Positions 1 to 10,466 of a DNA stretch of 64,000 nt are shown piece by piece. Under the pieces are notes generated by a model. That model was not told the origin of the DNA. It was given only the letters and a program-made list of their open reading frames with translations, and made no database searches. The stretch comes from a virus, in the IMG/VR virus record IMGVR_UViG_3300049215_000686, positions 93,132-157,131 of that record, one strand, 5' to 3'. The number at the start of each line of letters is the position of its first letter. The stretch's first letter is position 1. The position numbers and the translations under genes are program-made.

Positions 1-3000
1 AAGAATCGGGACATCGACCTTCTTCCCCGATTTGAGATAGGCCTCAACCGCTGCAAAAAGTTCTTGTCCCCTTTTTCCACGACCGATCTTCAAATCTTCT
101 ACGCGCCTAAACGCATGATAGAGCCACAATAGTTCTTTGGGTTTAGCAGTCGCGATCGGATCAAAGGCGCCACATAAGACAAGAGCATGCATGATCTTTT
201 GATCCACGGCTTGTTTATCGATTCGGTCATAGAAATCTTGAAAACTCTTAAAATCGCCGCCCGCCTGTCTGGCATTTCGAATACTTTGACATGCCGAATC
301 ACCAATGCCGTCAATCAAATAAAGGGGCGCATGAACTTTCCCATCTCGCAATTCGAAGGTATCCGTTGGGCCATTAACGTGAGGCAAAACAAGCAAGTCC
401 TTAATCGCGTAAGCGTAGCCTTTGTCTCGAATATCATCGGTCTTTGCGTTTTGAAGAACAGCCGTCCACCACTCCAGGGGATAGTAATGCTTCAGGAACA
501 TGCATTGATACGCAACAGTTGCATAACTAGCGGAGTGCGCTTTATTGAAAGAATAACTTGCCGACGCAACGCACAAATCGATTAAAACTTTAATCTGCGC
601 TTCCGTCCAATTTCGCTCATGAAGGCGCTTGCGGATCTCTGGAAGAGTTTTTTCCATGTCCTGCTTTTTCTTTTTTGCAATCAGTTCTCTGATTTGATCG
701 GCTTCTTCGGGAGAATAGCCCGCGAGGTCTGAGAAAATTTGTTGGAGTTGCTCCTGATAGACCGCAACCCCATAGGTCTCTTTTAAAATGGGCTCAAGGC
801 CAGGATGGACATAACTCTCGCCTAATTTGCCATCACGACGAGCGATGAACGCTTCCGTCATGGTATAAGAGCCTTCTTCCGGATTAGGGATGCCAGTATC
901 AGCCGTCAAGGGTCCAGGTCGCACTAAGGCGACAATCGCGCTCAAATCTTTAAGAGAGCGCGGACGAATTCGTTTACAGAATGCGGTAAGAAGAGGAGTA
1001 TTCATTTGAAAAACAGTTTCAGTTTTGCCTAAATCAAAATCTTTAAAAACGGCTTCTTCTGCGGGTAATTGATAAATATCGAGGATTTTTCCATCCGGCA
1101 TTGGAACCTGGTCAACACCCAGGTCACCTTGCCAAATATCAAAACTCTCCGATTGGATCGTTATTTTGTCGCGATTTACTTTATAGCCTAAACGTTTTTG
1201 TACGAGGCGAACACACGCCGAAATATCCGAAAGAGTATTTACTCTGAGAAAATCGAATTTGATTAAACCAGCCTTCTCGCTCGGAACCGCCGTGTATTGA
1301 GTAACAATATTACCGCCGATATTGCAGGTCGGAACCGATTCCCAAATCGGACGATCTGAAATAAAAAAAGCCGACGCATGCCTCCCAACGCTTCGCGGTA
1401 TCCCCAACAATTTCAGGACCATGCGGAATACATCGTCATATTCCTGAAAGAACTTTTTCAGCACTGGATTTTGATCAAGATGTCCTTGATGGATATGCCC
1501 TTCGGCATCGGTATATCCCACCAAAAAATCCTCATCAGCAACACCAGTCGGTGTATTGGGGATGGTTTTGGTTACTGCATCAACTTTAGGATCTTGAGAA
1601 TTCATTCCCAAAAGGACGCGGCAAGCGTCCTTAATCGCTGACTTAATCTTCAGCGTTCCATGAGTTGAACATTGAGCGAATTGATTACCATAAGTTTCCG
1701 AAAGTTTTGCGATCAAAAGATCTCGTTGACCCAAATCCCAATCAATATCTGGGAACTTCCCGCGTTTTAACCTTCCCATTGACAGAAACCGCTCAAAGGG
1801 CAGGTTTAGATCAAAAGGATTAAGATGCGTAATTTTCAATAAATAACATAACAAACTGCCAGCCCCAGACCCGCGACCGGGAGCAGATAAAATAGAGTGA
1901 TCACGAGTCCACCGACCCCAAAACTCCAAGAACAAAAAGTACCGAGAGAAATCAATAATCCCATTATCGCAGATAATCGTAATTTCTTTAGACAGCCGGC
2001 CAACATATTTCGGATCATTCCAATCCATCCTTCCGTTCTCTTGAACTCTTTTCATCAAAAGAACTTTAAATTTATCAGCATCAGGAATCTGTGCAGTCTC
2101 AATCTCTACAGGCAAAGAGATTTCAGGCTGCTTAAATTCGTCCTGGATTTGAAATCCCTTAGCCCGATCGGCGATTTCATGGTTGGATTGAACCGCCTCT
2201 AAAAAAAGAGACGACTCTTTCTTGCCGCTCCCAATGTGTTTTGACCAGTGTTCCCATGCTTCTTGGGTCGTCATCATGTGGTAAGAATTATAAAACCTCC
2301 AACCATCGGGATCTCCGTTTTGTAAAAGAACGTCTTGAACCGCCTTTTGCTCTGGAGAAACAAAATGAGAATCAATTGTCAACAAAAGAGGAAGATGATA
2401 CTTTGCAGCAAAATCAATATTGCGAAGATTGCATGCCTTTTGAAGGTCTCCTTCAGGAGAAAAATCAGTGCATTCATTCTGGATAAACTTTTTCAATTTT
2501 CGGTCATAATTATGAGTTACACAATGCGGCATGACCTCTAAATAAAAGCGCCCCTTAAATACATCGAGCAATTTAATAAGGTTTTGCTCCGCGCCATCAT
2601 ATTCACCTTGTAAAAGAGATTTATTAATTGCGCCGATCAGGCACCCAGAACCCAGAACCAATCCTTCATGATACTGAAACAATTCATTAAAAGTGATTCT
2701 CGGTTTTTCCGATCCAACCTTTTTAACAACTCGTTTTGACCCATCCGGAAGTTTTTCATCAAAAGAAATTGAGCCCAAACGAAGAAGATTTCGATATCCC
2801 ACGTCATTCGTCGCCCACGCAGTGATATGGTAATAATCGTAAGGTTTGCCTACAAATTGGTAATTCTTTTCAGGACAAACGTAAAATTCAACACCCGGAA
2901 GTGGCGTAATTCCGGCTGCCTGGCTCTTCTTAATAAGGTCCAAAAGACCGATCATCCATCCATGATCAGTAATCCCTAAAGCAGAAGCGCCATTTTCCTT

Positions 3001-3102
3001 ACACCAATCAATATAGTCATCAATCCCGCTTGCTCCATCGAGCACGGAATAACTGGTGTGGGTATGGAGCGGAAGAAGTTGAAGATCAGTTGGACACTTC
3101 AT
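1..3102 (-). CDS. dnaE: DNA polymerase III alpha subunit (runs off the left edge; missing from the ORF track)
   Basis: Manual translation from ATG 3102: MKCPTDLQLLPLHTHTSYSVLDG (PHP motif), then PGRGSGAGSLLCYLLKITHLNP...FERFL...FPDIDWD and GLIKFDFL. Absence from the track is consistent with no in-frame stop before position 1. Confidence 0.97.
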   Translation of the reverse strand, partial: MKCPTDLQLLPLHTHTSYSVLDGASGIDDYIDWCKENGASALGITDHGWMIGLLDLIKKSQAAGITPLPGVEFYVCPEKNYQFVGKPYDYYHITAWATNDVGYRNLLRLGSISFDEKLPDGSKRVVKKVGSEKPRITFNELFQYHEGLVLGSGCLIGAINKSLLQGEYDGAEQNLIKLLDVFKGRFYLEVMPHCVTHNYDRKLKKFIQNECTDFSPEGDLQKACNLRNIDFAAKYHLPLLLTIDSHFVSPEQKAVQDVLLQNGDPDGWRFYNSYHMMTTQEAWEHWSKHIGSGKKESSLFLEAVQSNHEIADRAKGFQIQDEFKQPEISLPVEIETAQIPDADKFKVLLMKRVQENGRMDWNDPKYVGRLSKEITIICDNGIIDFSRYFLFLEFWGRWTRDHSILSAPGRGSGAGSLLCYLLKITHLNPFDLNLPFERFLSMGRLKRGKFPDIDWDLGQRDLLIAKLSETYGNQFAQCSTHGTLKIKSAIKDACRVLLGMNSQDPKVDAVTKTIPNTPTGVADEDFLVGYTDAEGHIHQGHLDQNPVLKKFFQEYDDVFRMVLKLLGIPRSVGRHASAFFISDRPIWESVPTCNIGGNIVTQYTAVPSEKAGLIKFDFLRVNTLSDISACVRLVQKRLGYKVNRDKITIQSESFDIWQGDLGVDQVPMPDGKILDIYQLPAEEAVFKDFDLGKTETVFQMNTPLLTAFCKRIRPRSLKDLSAIVALVRPGPLTADTGIPNPEEGSYTMTEAFIARRDGKLGESYVHPGLEPILKETYGVAVYQEQLQQIFSDLAGYSPEEADQIRELIAKKKKQDMEKTLPEIRKRLHERNWTEAQIKVLIDLCVASASYSFNKAHSASYATVAYQCMFLKHYYPLEWWTAVLQNAKTDDIRDKGYAYAIKDLLVLPHVNGPTDTFELRDGKVHAPLYLIDGIGDSACQSIRNARQAGGDFKSFQDFYDRIDKQAVDQKIMHALVLCGAFDPIATAKPKELLWLYHAFRRVEDLKIGRGKRGQELFAAVEAYLKSGKKVDVPIL

Positions 3103-3313
3103 CGGGTTCCTTTTCGATCTCCCCAAAAACAGCAGGAACTTTACCCTTCACCAATACGTCCATATCGAACTCGGTTGGAAAGTGACGAAGACACCAATAC
3201 GCCTGGCGACGGATCTCTTTGGGTACTCGCGAAGTTTGTTTAGGATCTAGGAGTGAGCGAAGGAAGACTCTCGCGTTCCTGATCGCGCGGGTGCGCTCGT
3301 TAGGAAGCGTCAT
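3086..3313 (-). CDS. small phage protein, BPSL0761-like
   Basis: MTLPxERTRA...FL..L....RVP..IR..A...LRHFP pattern; overlaps dnaE start. Confidence 0.65.
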   Translation of the reverse strand: MTLPNERTRAIRNARVFLRSLLDPKQTSRVPKEIRRQAYWCLRHFPTEFDMDVLVKGKVPAVFGEIEKEPDEVSN

Positions 3314-3666
3314 TACCGCGTTCTCGCCCGGCGGATCTGCCGCGTTTCGCGAACGATATTCTCTTTCCTTCCGCCTTGGATATACTTGGCCAAATCGGGG
3401 CGAGCCATCACAGGGACTTCACGGCGATCGTCTTGCTTCAAAACAATCCGTCCCGACGGAGTTCGCATTTCTACCAATCCCGGCGATTTTATCTTTTCGC
3501 CGGTCGGTATCAAAATAATCCCGAGTTGCATCCCTTCATTGTATTTTTTTATCTCAGAGTGGAGGGATTGATGAGCCTCTTCTTTTGTATGACCAACACC
3601 CTTTAAAAGAGTGCCGGTTAGTCTCATATATCTCGTTAGGACGTACTTTCCTTGGCTATCACGCAT
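3313..3666 (-). CDS. hypothetical protein
   Basis: 117-aa ORF tightly packed in the leftward operon. Confidence 0.55.
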   Translation of the reverse strand: MRDSQGKYVLTRYMRLTGTLLKGVGHTKEEAHQSLHSEIKKYNEGMQLGIILIPTGEKIKSPGLVEMRTPSGRIVLKQDDRREVPVMARPDLAKYIQGGRKENIVRETRQIRRARTR

Positions 3667-4196
3667 GATTGTTCCCCTTCCTTAGGAAAATTTAAACTAG
3701 CATACTCTCCAAACAATTCTCTCGCCGCTCGATCATAAGCGTGAGCAGCATCTTCTTCTAAGATAAATATACCTAAATGCTTCGTTTTCCATCTACCGGC
3801 TGTATAGCAAATAACTGCTTTCCATTTTTTATCAGCCTTAGACCAGCAAACACCCTTATATTTGGAAGCAGAATCCTGGCGTTTCCTAGAATTCCTCGCA
3901 TTCTCTGCCCGTGTTGCGATTCTCAAATTGGATTTTTGATTATTCAAACCATTGCGGTCTTTGTGATCCAGAAAAACGTTTGGATCCGTGACTCCAAAAA
4001 TTTCTCTATGCATTAAAACGAACTTTCTTACCCCATCAATATCAGAATGACGCCTTGCGTAAATGCCTCTTGGCCATTTTACAATATGCCATGTCCATCT
4101 CATTAAACGATCATAATCTTCATCATCAATAAGGACAGAAAATTCACCAAATTTTTTGCTATAAATCTTGATCTCTTTCATTATTTCAATTTCCAT
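3636..4196 (-). CDS. HNH-AP2 homing endonuclease
   Basis: MHREI...DHKDRNGLNNQKSNLR (HNH) plus SKYKGVCW...HLG.F..EEDAAHAYDRAARELFGEYA (AP2). Confidence 0.93.
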   Translation of the reverse strand: MEIEIMKEIKIYSKKFGEFSVLIDDEDYDRLMRWTWHIVKWPRGIYARRHSDIDGVRKFVLMHREIFGVTDPNVFLDHKDRNGLNNQKSNLRIATRAENARNSRKRQDSASKYKGVCWSKADKKWKAVICYTAGRWKTKHLGIFILEEDAAHAYDRAARELFGEYASLNFPKEGEQSCVIAKESTS

Positions 4197-5724
4197 GAAC
4201 GTATCGAGCGTGAAGATCCCTTTTCATCGTTTTAATCTTGGAACTGAAAATTTCCTTAGGCATCGGAAACGAGTGGAACTCCTCTCGGACGCGATTCCTA
4301 ACTTCTCTAAAGTCTTCCCGGTAACATAAACCGCTGCCATCTATACCATCAAACCAAAGCACCAATTCATCTTGTCCTGATTCATCTATTGATCGAACCG
4401 TCGGAAGAAGTTCGTGCCGATCACTCAGTTCCCGGACGATTTTAACCAATCCAGGCACCGAACCCTTCCCAGGCGTGTGGCTGAATTTCATCACCGGACG
4501 CTTTTGCTCTCCCACCGCACACAACTTCATAGTTGCCCCGAAGTTGTCTCGACTGAGGCAATTCCTTAAATATCCGCCGATGCCATAGACCAAGCATCCG
4601 GCAGGATTAAACCCCTTTTTCAAAAGAGCCTCATTGATCTCTAAAATAGACTTAAATGTCATCCCATCGCCCTGGATCGCGCGTAAACAGGTCATACTGA
4701 TCAGGCCATTTGAGTTTTTTACATAAAGCCCAGCATCAACTGCGGCCTCCAAAACATAGAGAATTTGCTCCAGAGGATCTCCTGAATCCGGACGAGCGAC
4801 AATGACTCCTCCCGTCTCCTTTGCTTTTTTGGCGAGAGGAACTAGATAAGAATCCACTGCGGTATAAAAATTGTAACAATCCGCGACATGAGAAGTGAAT
4901 GTATTGGGCTCGGCGTAATAAAGGGCAAGATAGGAATCTTCTTCTTCATCGAATCCCTGAACAATGCGGTGAGCCAAAGCCTTAATCGAACATCCCCAAG
5001 GGGTTTCACCCGAGGCTTTCCAGGCAAGATAGGCAGCAACCGTTGTGTCGGTCCCAAAATGACTGGTCAAATGAGCCAGTCCCAGAACTTCACTTTCTTG
5101 AGGGCAGGATCCGGCACGATCGCCAAAATCATGTGTCATCAAGGCGGCCAGGATATTTAAGTCATTTTCACTTAAATATCCTGGCGAATGCTCCTTGACT
5201 AATTTGCGGTTATAATCTAACCAGTGCCGCATAAGGGTGGCGCGCTCACTGGGTGCCCAAACTTGAAGGAGTTTGCTCTCGAAATAGCCAGCAAACTCCC
5301 CAAAACCATCCTTGGCTTCGATTTGAATGACAGGCTCGCCCGGCAGGCAAGTTGCTCCGTCTTTCATCGCCCATATCCTTATGGGTATTAAACCTTTTTT
5401 CTCAGTAACAACGCGATCCCAAATCGTACGGTCGTATTTAAACGGGAGCGCGCCCGCATGGAAGGTCGATAAAAACCGATCCGCTTCTTCTACCTCTTCC
5501 ATGGTAACTGGCTTGCTAAAAAGATCAACTAAAATTCTTTGCAGACCGTGAAAAATAAAACGAGACTCACATCCCAAGATCTCCATCCATTCAGGTCGCT
5601 TACGGAAGATCACCTGATAAGCCGAGTATTCTTTGGCCTTTGAAGATACATGGGGACCACTTCCAACCGTATAGGCATCTGCCAACAGAATCCTTGGGAT
5701 TATATTGCCGTTTCCTTTGAGCAA
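4186..5724 (-). CDS. nadV: nicotinamide phosphoribosyltransferase (NAMPT)
   Basis: HDFGDR, GTDT, VARPDSGDP, IQGDGM, YGIGGYL, SRDNFGATMK motifs. Confidence 0.92.
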   Translation of the reverse strand: MLKGNGNIIPRILLADAYTVGSGPHVSSKAKEYSAYQVIFRKRPEWMEILGCESRFIFHGLQRILVDLFSKPVTMEEVEEADRFLSTFHAGALPFKYDRTIWDRVVTEKKGLIPIRIWAMKDGATCLPGEPVIQIEAKDGFGEFAGYFESKLLQVWAPSERATLMRHWLDYNRKLVKEHSPGYLSENDLNILAALMTHDFGDRAGSCPQESEVLGLAHLTSHFGTDTTVAAYLAWKASGETPWGCSIKALAHRIVQGFDEEEDSYLALYYAEPNTFTSHVADCYNFYTAVDSYLVPLAKKAKETGGVIVARPDSGDPLEQILYVLEAAVDAGLYVKNSNGLISMTCLRAIQGDGMTFKSILEINEALLKKGFNPAGCLVYGIGGYLRNCLSRDNFGATMKLCAVGEQKRPVMKFSHTPGKGSVPGLVKIVRELSDRHELLPTVRSIDESGQDELVLWFDGIDGSGLCYREDFREVRNRVREEFHSFPMPKEIFSSKIKTMKRDLHARYVHGN

Positions 5725-6608
5725 GAATATTTTTGAATAAGTTCCTGAAACAATTCTTTGTGGGTATCGACCAGATTGGGAATCGACTCATGAGACACCG
5801 GAAACCATGAGACTTCTTGAAGATCGTCTCCGGCTTTCGGAACTCCGTCGAATAAGGTCGTAGCGAACAGTACAGTCGTAATTACCCCATCATCAGCATG
5901 CCGATAGCGCCAATCCCGATTCCGATGGCTGCAAACATATTCAAGATCATAAACATGAACACCGGTTTCTTCTTCGGCTTCTCTGGCAGCAGCGTCTTCT
6001 AATCGTTCATCTGATTGATCGACAAATCCTCCAGGAAAACACCAAAGAGTATTATTGGGTTTTTTCCCCAAAAGGACTTTGCCATCACGGATAATGGCGA
6101 TATCAACCGTTGGAAAAACTCGCTGATAAGTATTCGCGTAAGCGTAAATTACTCCGGCCCGAAAATCGGCTGAAACCCGAATCCGATTGGCCGTGATTCT
6201 CCTCAATTCCGTCCCGCTTGTGGAATATTCGAGTTCGATCTCATGAGTAGGATACTTTCCTTTATAATGCGGAATAAAAGAATCACGCCCTCCATAAAGA
6301 ACCACTCTCCCAATCGGGCAGGCCAATTGTACGATGGAATCGAGTTGCTGAGACCAAGAATCATCGGTCGGCATATCCGCCAATGGAGCGACCAAAATGT
6401 CTGAATAAGCCGCCTTAAGCATCTTCTCTCGTGTCGGATAATCCAAGGGATGACGCTTAGAGCCTAGGACTTGTGAACAGCCCAATAGAACCAAAACCTG
6501 GCCGTGCTGATCGCGGATGTGTTCGATGAGTTTTCGATGCCCATCGTGAAGTTCTGGAACCTGAAAACGTACTACAATCACTCCTAATTGTATCGATCCT
6601 CCGATCAA
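5700..6608 (-). CDS. bifunctional NMN adenylyltransferase / ADP-ribose Nudix hydrolase (NadM-Nudix, NatV-like)
   Basis: RFQVPELHDGH and SGTELR motifs; Nudix box PGGFVD...LEDAAAREAEEETG; adjacent to NAMPT. Confidence 0.92.
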   Translation of the reverse strand: MIGGSIQLGVIVVRFQVPELHDGHRKLIEHIRDQHGQVLVLLGCSQVLGSKRHPLDYPTREKMLKAAYSDILVAPLADMPTDDSWSQQLDSIVQLACPIGRVVLYGGRDSFIPHYKGKYPTHEIELEYSTSGTELRRITANRIRVSADFRAGVIYAYANTYQRVFPTVDIAIIRDGKVLLGKKPNNTLWCFPGGFVDQSDERLEDAAAREAEEETGVHVYDLEYVCSHRNRDWRYRHADDGVITTVLFATTLFDGVPKAGDDLQEVSWFPVSHESIPNLVDTHKELFQELIQKYSCSKETAI

Positions 6609-7399
6609 AAAGTGCTTAATTCAGTCCAACGATTCTCAGATTCTCGGAAAAGGATATCTTTTATCGTGTCCCTAGAATCACGATCCAATTCAAAAAAAGC
6701 CTTTTTAACGGCTTCTGGACCCTGTTTTTCCAAGATCTCAAGCAATTGATCCTTTTGGACTTCCATCCTAAAAGAAGACCCCAATGGATCCACGTTGCTC
6801 TCGGTATAAAGCGAATAGCGATATTCAATATTGTGTCCGTTCTCGGATTCACGGTCAAGCAATTGATCGATGCTCCAAGTGATTCCCCCTAATTGCTCGG
6901 GATGATACTTCCAAGAAGAACGCCGCAGATAGTCACGAAGCCTTCCATAAACAATACTTTGTTCCAATTTCCGAATCTCAAGTTCCATTTGTTCTTTGGA
7001 GCGCTCTCGATGATCCATCACCTTAAACGGATCAAATCCATTTAAAATAGCCAAAAAAACCTCGACCCGACATTGATTCACAAAATCATCGTAAGAATAC
7101 CCGGTATCGCGAAGAGAAAGCACCGGATAGAATTTTCTCACCATGAAATGACACATGGGTTCGTAGCGATCGACCCGTTCTTGAGTGATCAGTTGCCCGG
7201 CTTTACAGAAAAACTTATTGTTACGAAGTTGCCCACGCTCAGCATATCGCTGCATCCGTCTTGTGTGCTTTAAAAAAGACTGCCGTTCGGAAGGAGGCTT
7301 AGAATTTACCCTCCACTGCCAAAGCAATCTCTTTTGCTTTTTCTTTTGTCTGGTTCTTTTTGGAACAAAAAAGACATCCTTGTCTTTATCTTGGTTCAT
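6605..7399 (-). CDS. sigma-70-like transcription factor (region 2-like)
   Basis: YSYDDFVNQCRVEVFLAILNGFDP resembles sigma region 2; later GRLRDYLRR and WSIDQL. Confidence 0.55.
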   Translation of the reverse strand: MNQDKDKDVFFVPKRTRQKKKQKRLLWQWRVNSKPPSERQSFLKHTRRMQRYAERGQLRNNKFFCKAGQLITQERVDRYEPMCHFMVRKFYPVLSLRDTGYSYDDFVNQCRVEVFLAILNGFDPFKVMDHRERSKEQMELEIRKLEQSIVYGRLRDYLRRSSWKYHPEQLGGITWSIDQLLDRESENGHNIEYRYSLYTESNVDPLGSSFRMEVQKDQLLEILEKQGPEAVKKAFFELDRDSRDTIKDILFRESENRWTELSTF

Positions 7400-7414
7400 A
7401 AAATGACCTCAATC

Positions 7415-8368
7415 TTATTTAAAATAAACCTCTAAAAAATCTGATGGCCCGGTAATGGGCCTCGACGAATAAAGCGCCTCAATGGTTTCTTCATGAGAGC
7501 ACTCACCAAAATCTTTCCTCCCGTTTGGCGGTAAAACTCGATAAATTCTTTTTCCCAATCCGATCCTTTTCACTACCTCATAGACTTCTTCAGCGGCATC
7601 GGGATCTAACCCTAAATAAATATCTTGCGCCGGCAGATCGACAACTAACTTAATTTGATCACGACTCACGCCCTTCCCAAGACTTGCCACCCCAGAAAAT
7701 CCATGTGATCTCTTGTCCACACTCACACAATCAAATGGCCCCTCAACTAGAACAACTTTTTCGCTAGTTTTCGCAAAATCCCAATTAAGTAAGAATTTTG
7801 ATTTAGAAAACATGTGAGAAATTAAGCGAAGTTCACCCTCTTTTGGCTCAATTCTTCTGGCTTGCCAGCCGTAAATTTTAGAGTTTTTCTTAATCGGAAA
7901 GACCACCGCATCCATCATGGCGTGATACCGAAGATCATAAGAGTAAATAATTTCTGGATCACAAGCATTCCGCTTGGCTAAATAAGAAAGCCCTCTCGGT
8001 GAGAGATGAACCGAAACAAAGTCTGGACCAAGAGAAATTTCTGGTTCTCCTTTTTCTAGAGAAAATTCCTCTGGATCATCAAGGATGACTTCAAGTCTTT
8101 CAACACCAGAATCTCCTGCCCCTGATCCAAAAAAAGTGGAATAAGAATCTTGAATGTGACAATTGGCGATGATTGAAACGACCCGGCGCCAAGACCACTT
8201 ACCTCCACAACGGAAGCAGATGGCGGCGCCATCGTTTTTCCAGATATAGCAGTGCTGTTCCTTGCCGCAAGACGGGCTCAAGCAATCCGTGACAAATGCA
8301 CGTTTACTTGACGAATACGTCACGCCATGCTTGTCAAGGAATCGCTGAAGCCTCCATGCCAGCGACAT
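7415..8368 (-). CDS. DNA primase (Zn-finger + TOPRIM)
   Basis: N-terminal Cys/His cluster; VVLVEGPFD, LGLDPDA, KDFGE motifs. Confidence 0.9.
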   Translation of the reverse strand: MSLAWRLQRFLDKHGVTYSSSKRAFVTDCLSPSCGKEQHCYIWKNDGAAICFRCGGKWSWRRVVSIIANCHIQDSYSTFFGSGAGDSGVERLEVILDDPEEFSLEKGEPEISLGPDFVSVHLSPRGLSYLAKRNACDPEIIYSYDLRYHAMMDAVVFPIKKNSKIYGWQARRIEPKEGELRLISHMFSKSKFLLNWDFAKTSEKVVLVEGPFDCVSVDKRSHGFSGVASLGKGVSRDQIKLVVDLPAQDIYLGLDPDAAEEVYEVVKRIGLGKRIYRVLPPNGRKDFGECSHEETIEALYSSRPITGPSDFLEVYFK

Positions 8369-8448
8369 TCCCCATCTCCCTCATGTCCATACAACCGATA
8401 TGATTAAATTTTTACCTAAATTTTACATAAGTACAAGGAATAAAATAC

Positions 8449-8895
8449 CTAGTGAGATGAAAAATATTCCTTCCACTCACTCCGCGTCCAGGCATACTGA
8501 CCGATCAATTCAGAAGCCTGAGCATAAGGCAAAGACCAATAAGACTGGAAGATGGAAGTCGCCCATCTGACCGCAGATTTATCGGCTTTTACTCCTAAAT
8601 CAGCGAGTTCTTCAATCAAGTCTTCTTCGGTATCACGCCATGAGGAAATGTCGTCTCCAAACAAAAGCCCAAAGACGGGATCTTTTCTCAACAACAAATG
8701 GCCCACCTGAAAAAGAAGGGAAGGGATAGCCTCTAAAGACTCTCTCGTTTCTCCCACTTCAATAGTCTTTTTTGTTACATCTAAGACGCTTTCTCCCGGA
8801 GAGATTTCATGACTGGCCAAAAGCCGATAATCAGGAGCAAGAGCCCGAACGATCCTTCTAACGACATGAAAATCGTTCATTTGCTCTATGCTCAC
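8449..8895 (-). CDS. hypothetical protein
   Basis: 148-aa ORF, overlapping stop/start with neighbour. Confidence 0.6.
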   Translation of the reverse strand: MSIEQMNDFHVVRRIVRALAPDYRLLASHEISPGESVLDVTKKTIEVGETRESLEAIPSLLFQVGHLLLRKDPVFGLLFGDDISSWRDTEEDLIEELADLGVKADKSAVRWATSIFQSYWSLPYAQASELIGQYAWTRSEWKEYFSSH

Positions 8896-9221
8896 AATGC
8901 GCCCATCTCTTTTAAACGATCCACCATGTATTTCAGACGGTTATTGCCGGATTTGATCGCATCGTTGATGGGGCCAACGATTTGACTCAGATTTTCTCTG
9001 GCTTCCAGGATCTCGGTCTTTGTCTTTTTGAACTCCTTAGAATCTTCAATCCCTTTTTGGGTCTGAATCATCTCGGCCTTAATTTCATCAACTGATGCCG
9101 CATTAATTTTATCGGTAAATTCCGGACTCAATCCAATAGGCAACTTCTTTTCTTTCTTCATAGATATGTCTCCCTGAAAAGAATCATACCTTTCTTTGTT
9201 TTTTATCCAGGCAATCACCAC
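8892..9221 (-). CDS. hypothetical coiled-coil protein (start may be internal MKKEKK)
   Basis: heptad-like charged helix; operon packing. Confidence 0.6.
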   Translation of the reverse strand: MVIAWIKNKERYDSFQGDISMKKEKKLPIGLSPEFTDKINAASVDEIKAEMIQTQKGIEDSKEFKKTKTEILEARENLSQIVGPINDAIKSGNNRLKYMVDRLKEMGAL

Positions 9222-9308
9222 AAACTTCCGGTTGAACGCCCTTTTCCATCCCAGGAAAGGTCATTTGCCCACAAAGAGGACAGGCATGGATCTCTTTGTC
9301 TTCGGAAT

Positions 9309-9701
9309 TCACTTGGGCCGCCCGTCCTGATCCAGGAACCCTTGCTGTTTACACCATTCGATACCCTTTTCAGAAACGAGCCGAGGCAGGTCATGTTTAT
9401 TGAAATAGTCTCTAGCCCGAGCGTCGAGTTTCTTTTCAATATCGTTTACAACCGTTTTGCCGCGATAATCATCTGCTGTTTCAACGATATGTGCTTCCGG
9501 CATCCCCAAAACTTGAGTTAAAGGCTGTCCACAAACCTTACACGCGCCAGAAAAGGCATCGGCTTCTTCTTTTTTCAAGAGCCGCCTTTCTTCGCGATTA
9601 CAAGGCTTACAAATAAATCGATAAATTGGCATATCTGCTTTCTTCTGGTTTTTGGACCATTCCTCCATCAATGCTTTAAGTTCGGGCCGGGTGTCGTCCA
9701 T
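9309..9701 (-). CDS. FmdB-like zinc-ribbon protein
   Basis: MPIYRFICKPC...CKVCG; GAGGT RBS before ATG 9701. Confidence 0.75.
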   Translation of the reverse strand: MDDTRPELKALMEEWSKNQKKADMPIYRFICKPCNREERRLLKKEEADAFSGACKVCGQPLTQVLGMPEAHIVETADDYRGKTVVNDIEKKLDARARDYFNKHDLPRLVSEKGIEWCKQQGFLDQDGRPK

Positions 9702-9831
9702 GATTGACCTCAAAAGAAAACTAAGAAGAAAAATACAGCCCAAAACGCTTCAATATAAGGAACTTTGCCAGTATAGACCAAAAATGCAGCCGCAAGAATC
9801 CCTGTGGCCCTAACGGTATTTGCGCTCATTC

Positions 9832-10014
9832 TCATTCCACCAAACAAGACGGCTTCACCATTGAGCGAACCTCTTCTTTAACAAGAGACTCATATGACAT
9901 CTTGTAATGAACCCAACGGGTCACGTAAAAATCCGCCAAATAAAGACCGCCCAATACTGTGACGATTGCGATCCCACCAAGCCATAGTCTCCAATGTTTC
10001 ATATGCTTTCCCAT
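9832..10014 (-). CDS. small membrane protein
   Basis: single hydrophobic helix. Confidence 0.55.
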   Translation of the reverse strand: MGKHMKHWRLWLGGIAIVTVLGGLYLADFYVTRWVHYKMSYESLVKEEVRSMVKPSCLVE

Positions 10015-10466
10015 TTCTTAATTTGTTCGGCTAAATCAGCCAATGAATAGACAACCTTAAGTTCAGGCAACATGAGCCCCATCTGGATTTCAATATCTTC
10101 GCGTCGCCAAAACTGTGGGTCCACTCCGACAAAAATCGGCTTACTATTGAAAACACGAGAGAAACTTGCCCAAGCCCCAAGTTCATAAAGAGTAATTGCG
10201 CATTTGGCTGGATATGGGAACCAAAACGAAACGGCATCAGCAATATGAAGATGACGGAACTCCCATTCAATCTGTTCGCGACTAAGTCCTGAATTGTTCA
10301 CATCAAAGGATGTTCGCCTCGGATCAAAAACGGTCAAATCCGTAGGATCAAGAAGACCGCTCAACTCAGTTTGCCAATCCGGAGCCCCCGTAATTCCTCC
10401 CGCCAAAAACAAACATAAATCATGTGGCTGCCTAATGTATCGTTCCGGAGCAATGATCTTTTTCAT
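9999..10466 (-). CDS. nucleoside 2-deoxyribosyltransferase-like protein
   Basis: LFLAGGITGAPDWQ, FDPRR, QIEWE, ITLYELG; likely start MKKIIAPE. Confidence 0.85.
   Translation of the reverse strand: MKKIIAPERYIRQPHDLCLFLAGGITGAPDWQTELSGLLDPTDLTVFDPRRTSFDVNNSGLSREQIEWEFRHLHIADAVSFWFPYPAKCAITLYELGAWASFSRVFNSKPIFVGVDPQFWRREDIEIQMGLMLPELKVVYSLADLAEQIKKWESI

Noticed and set aside
1-3102. Apparent gene desert or alternative genetic code
   Set aside because: It is dnaE running off the window edge. Other genes are intact in code 11 and end in TAA, TAG or TGA; no suppressor tRNA is seen.
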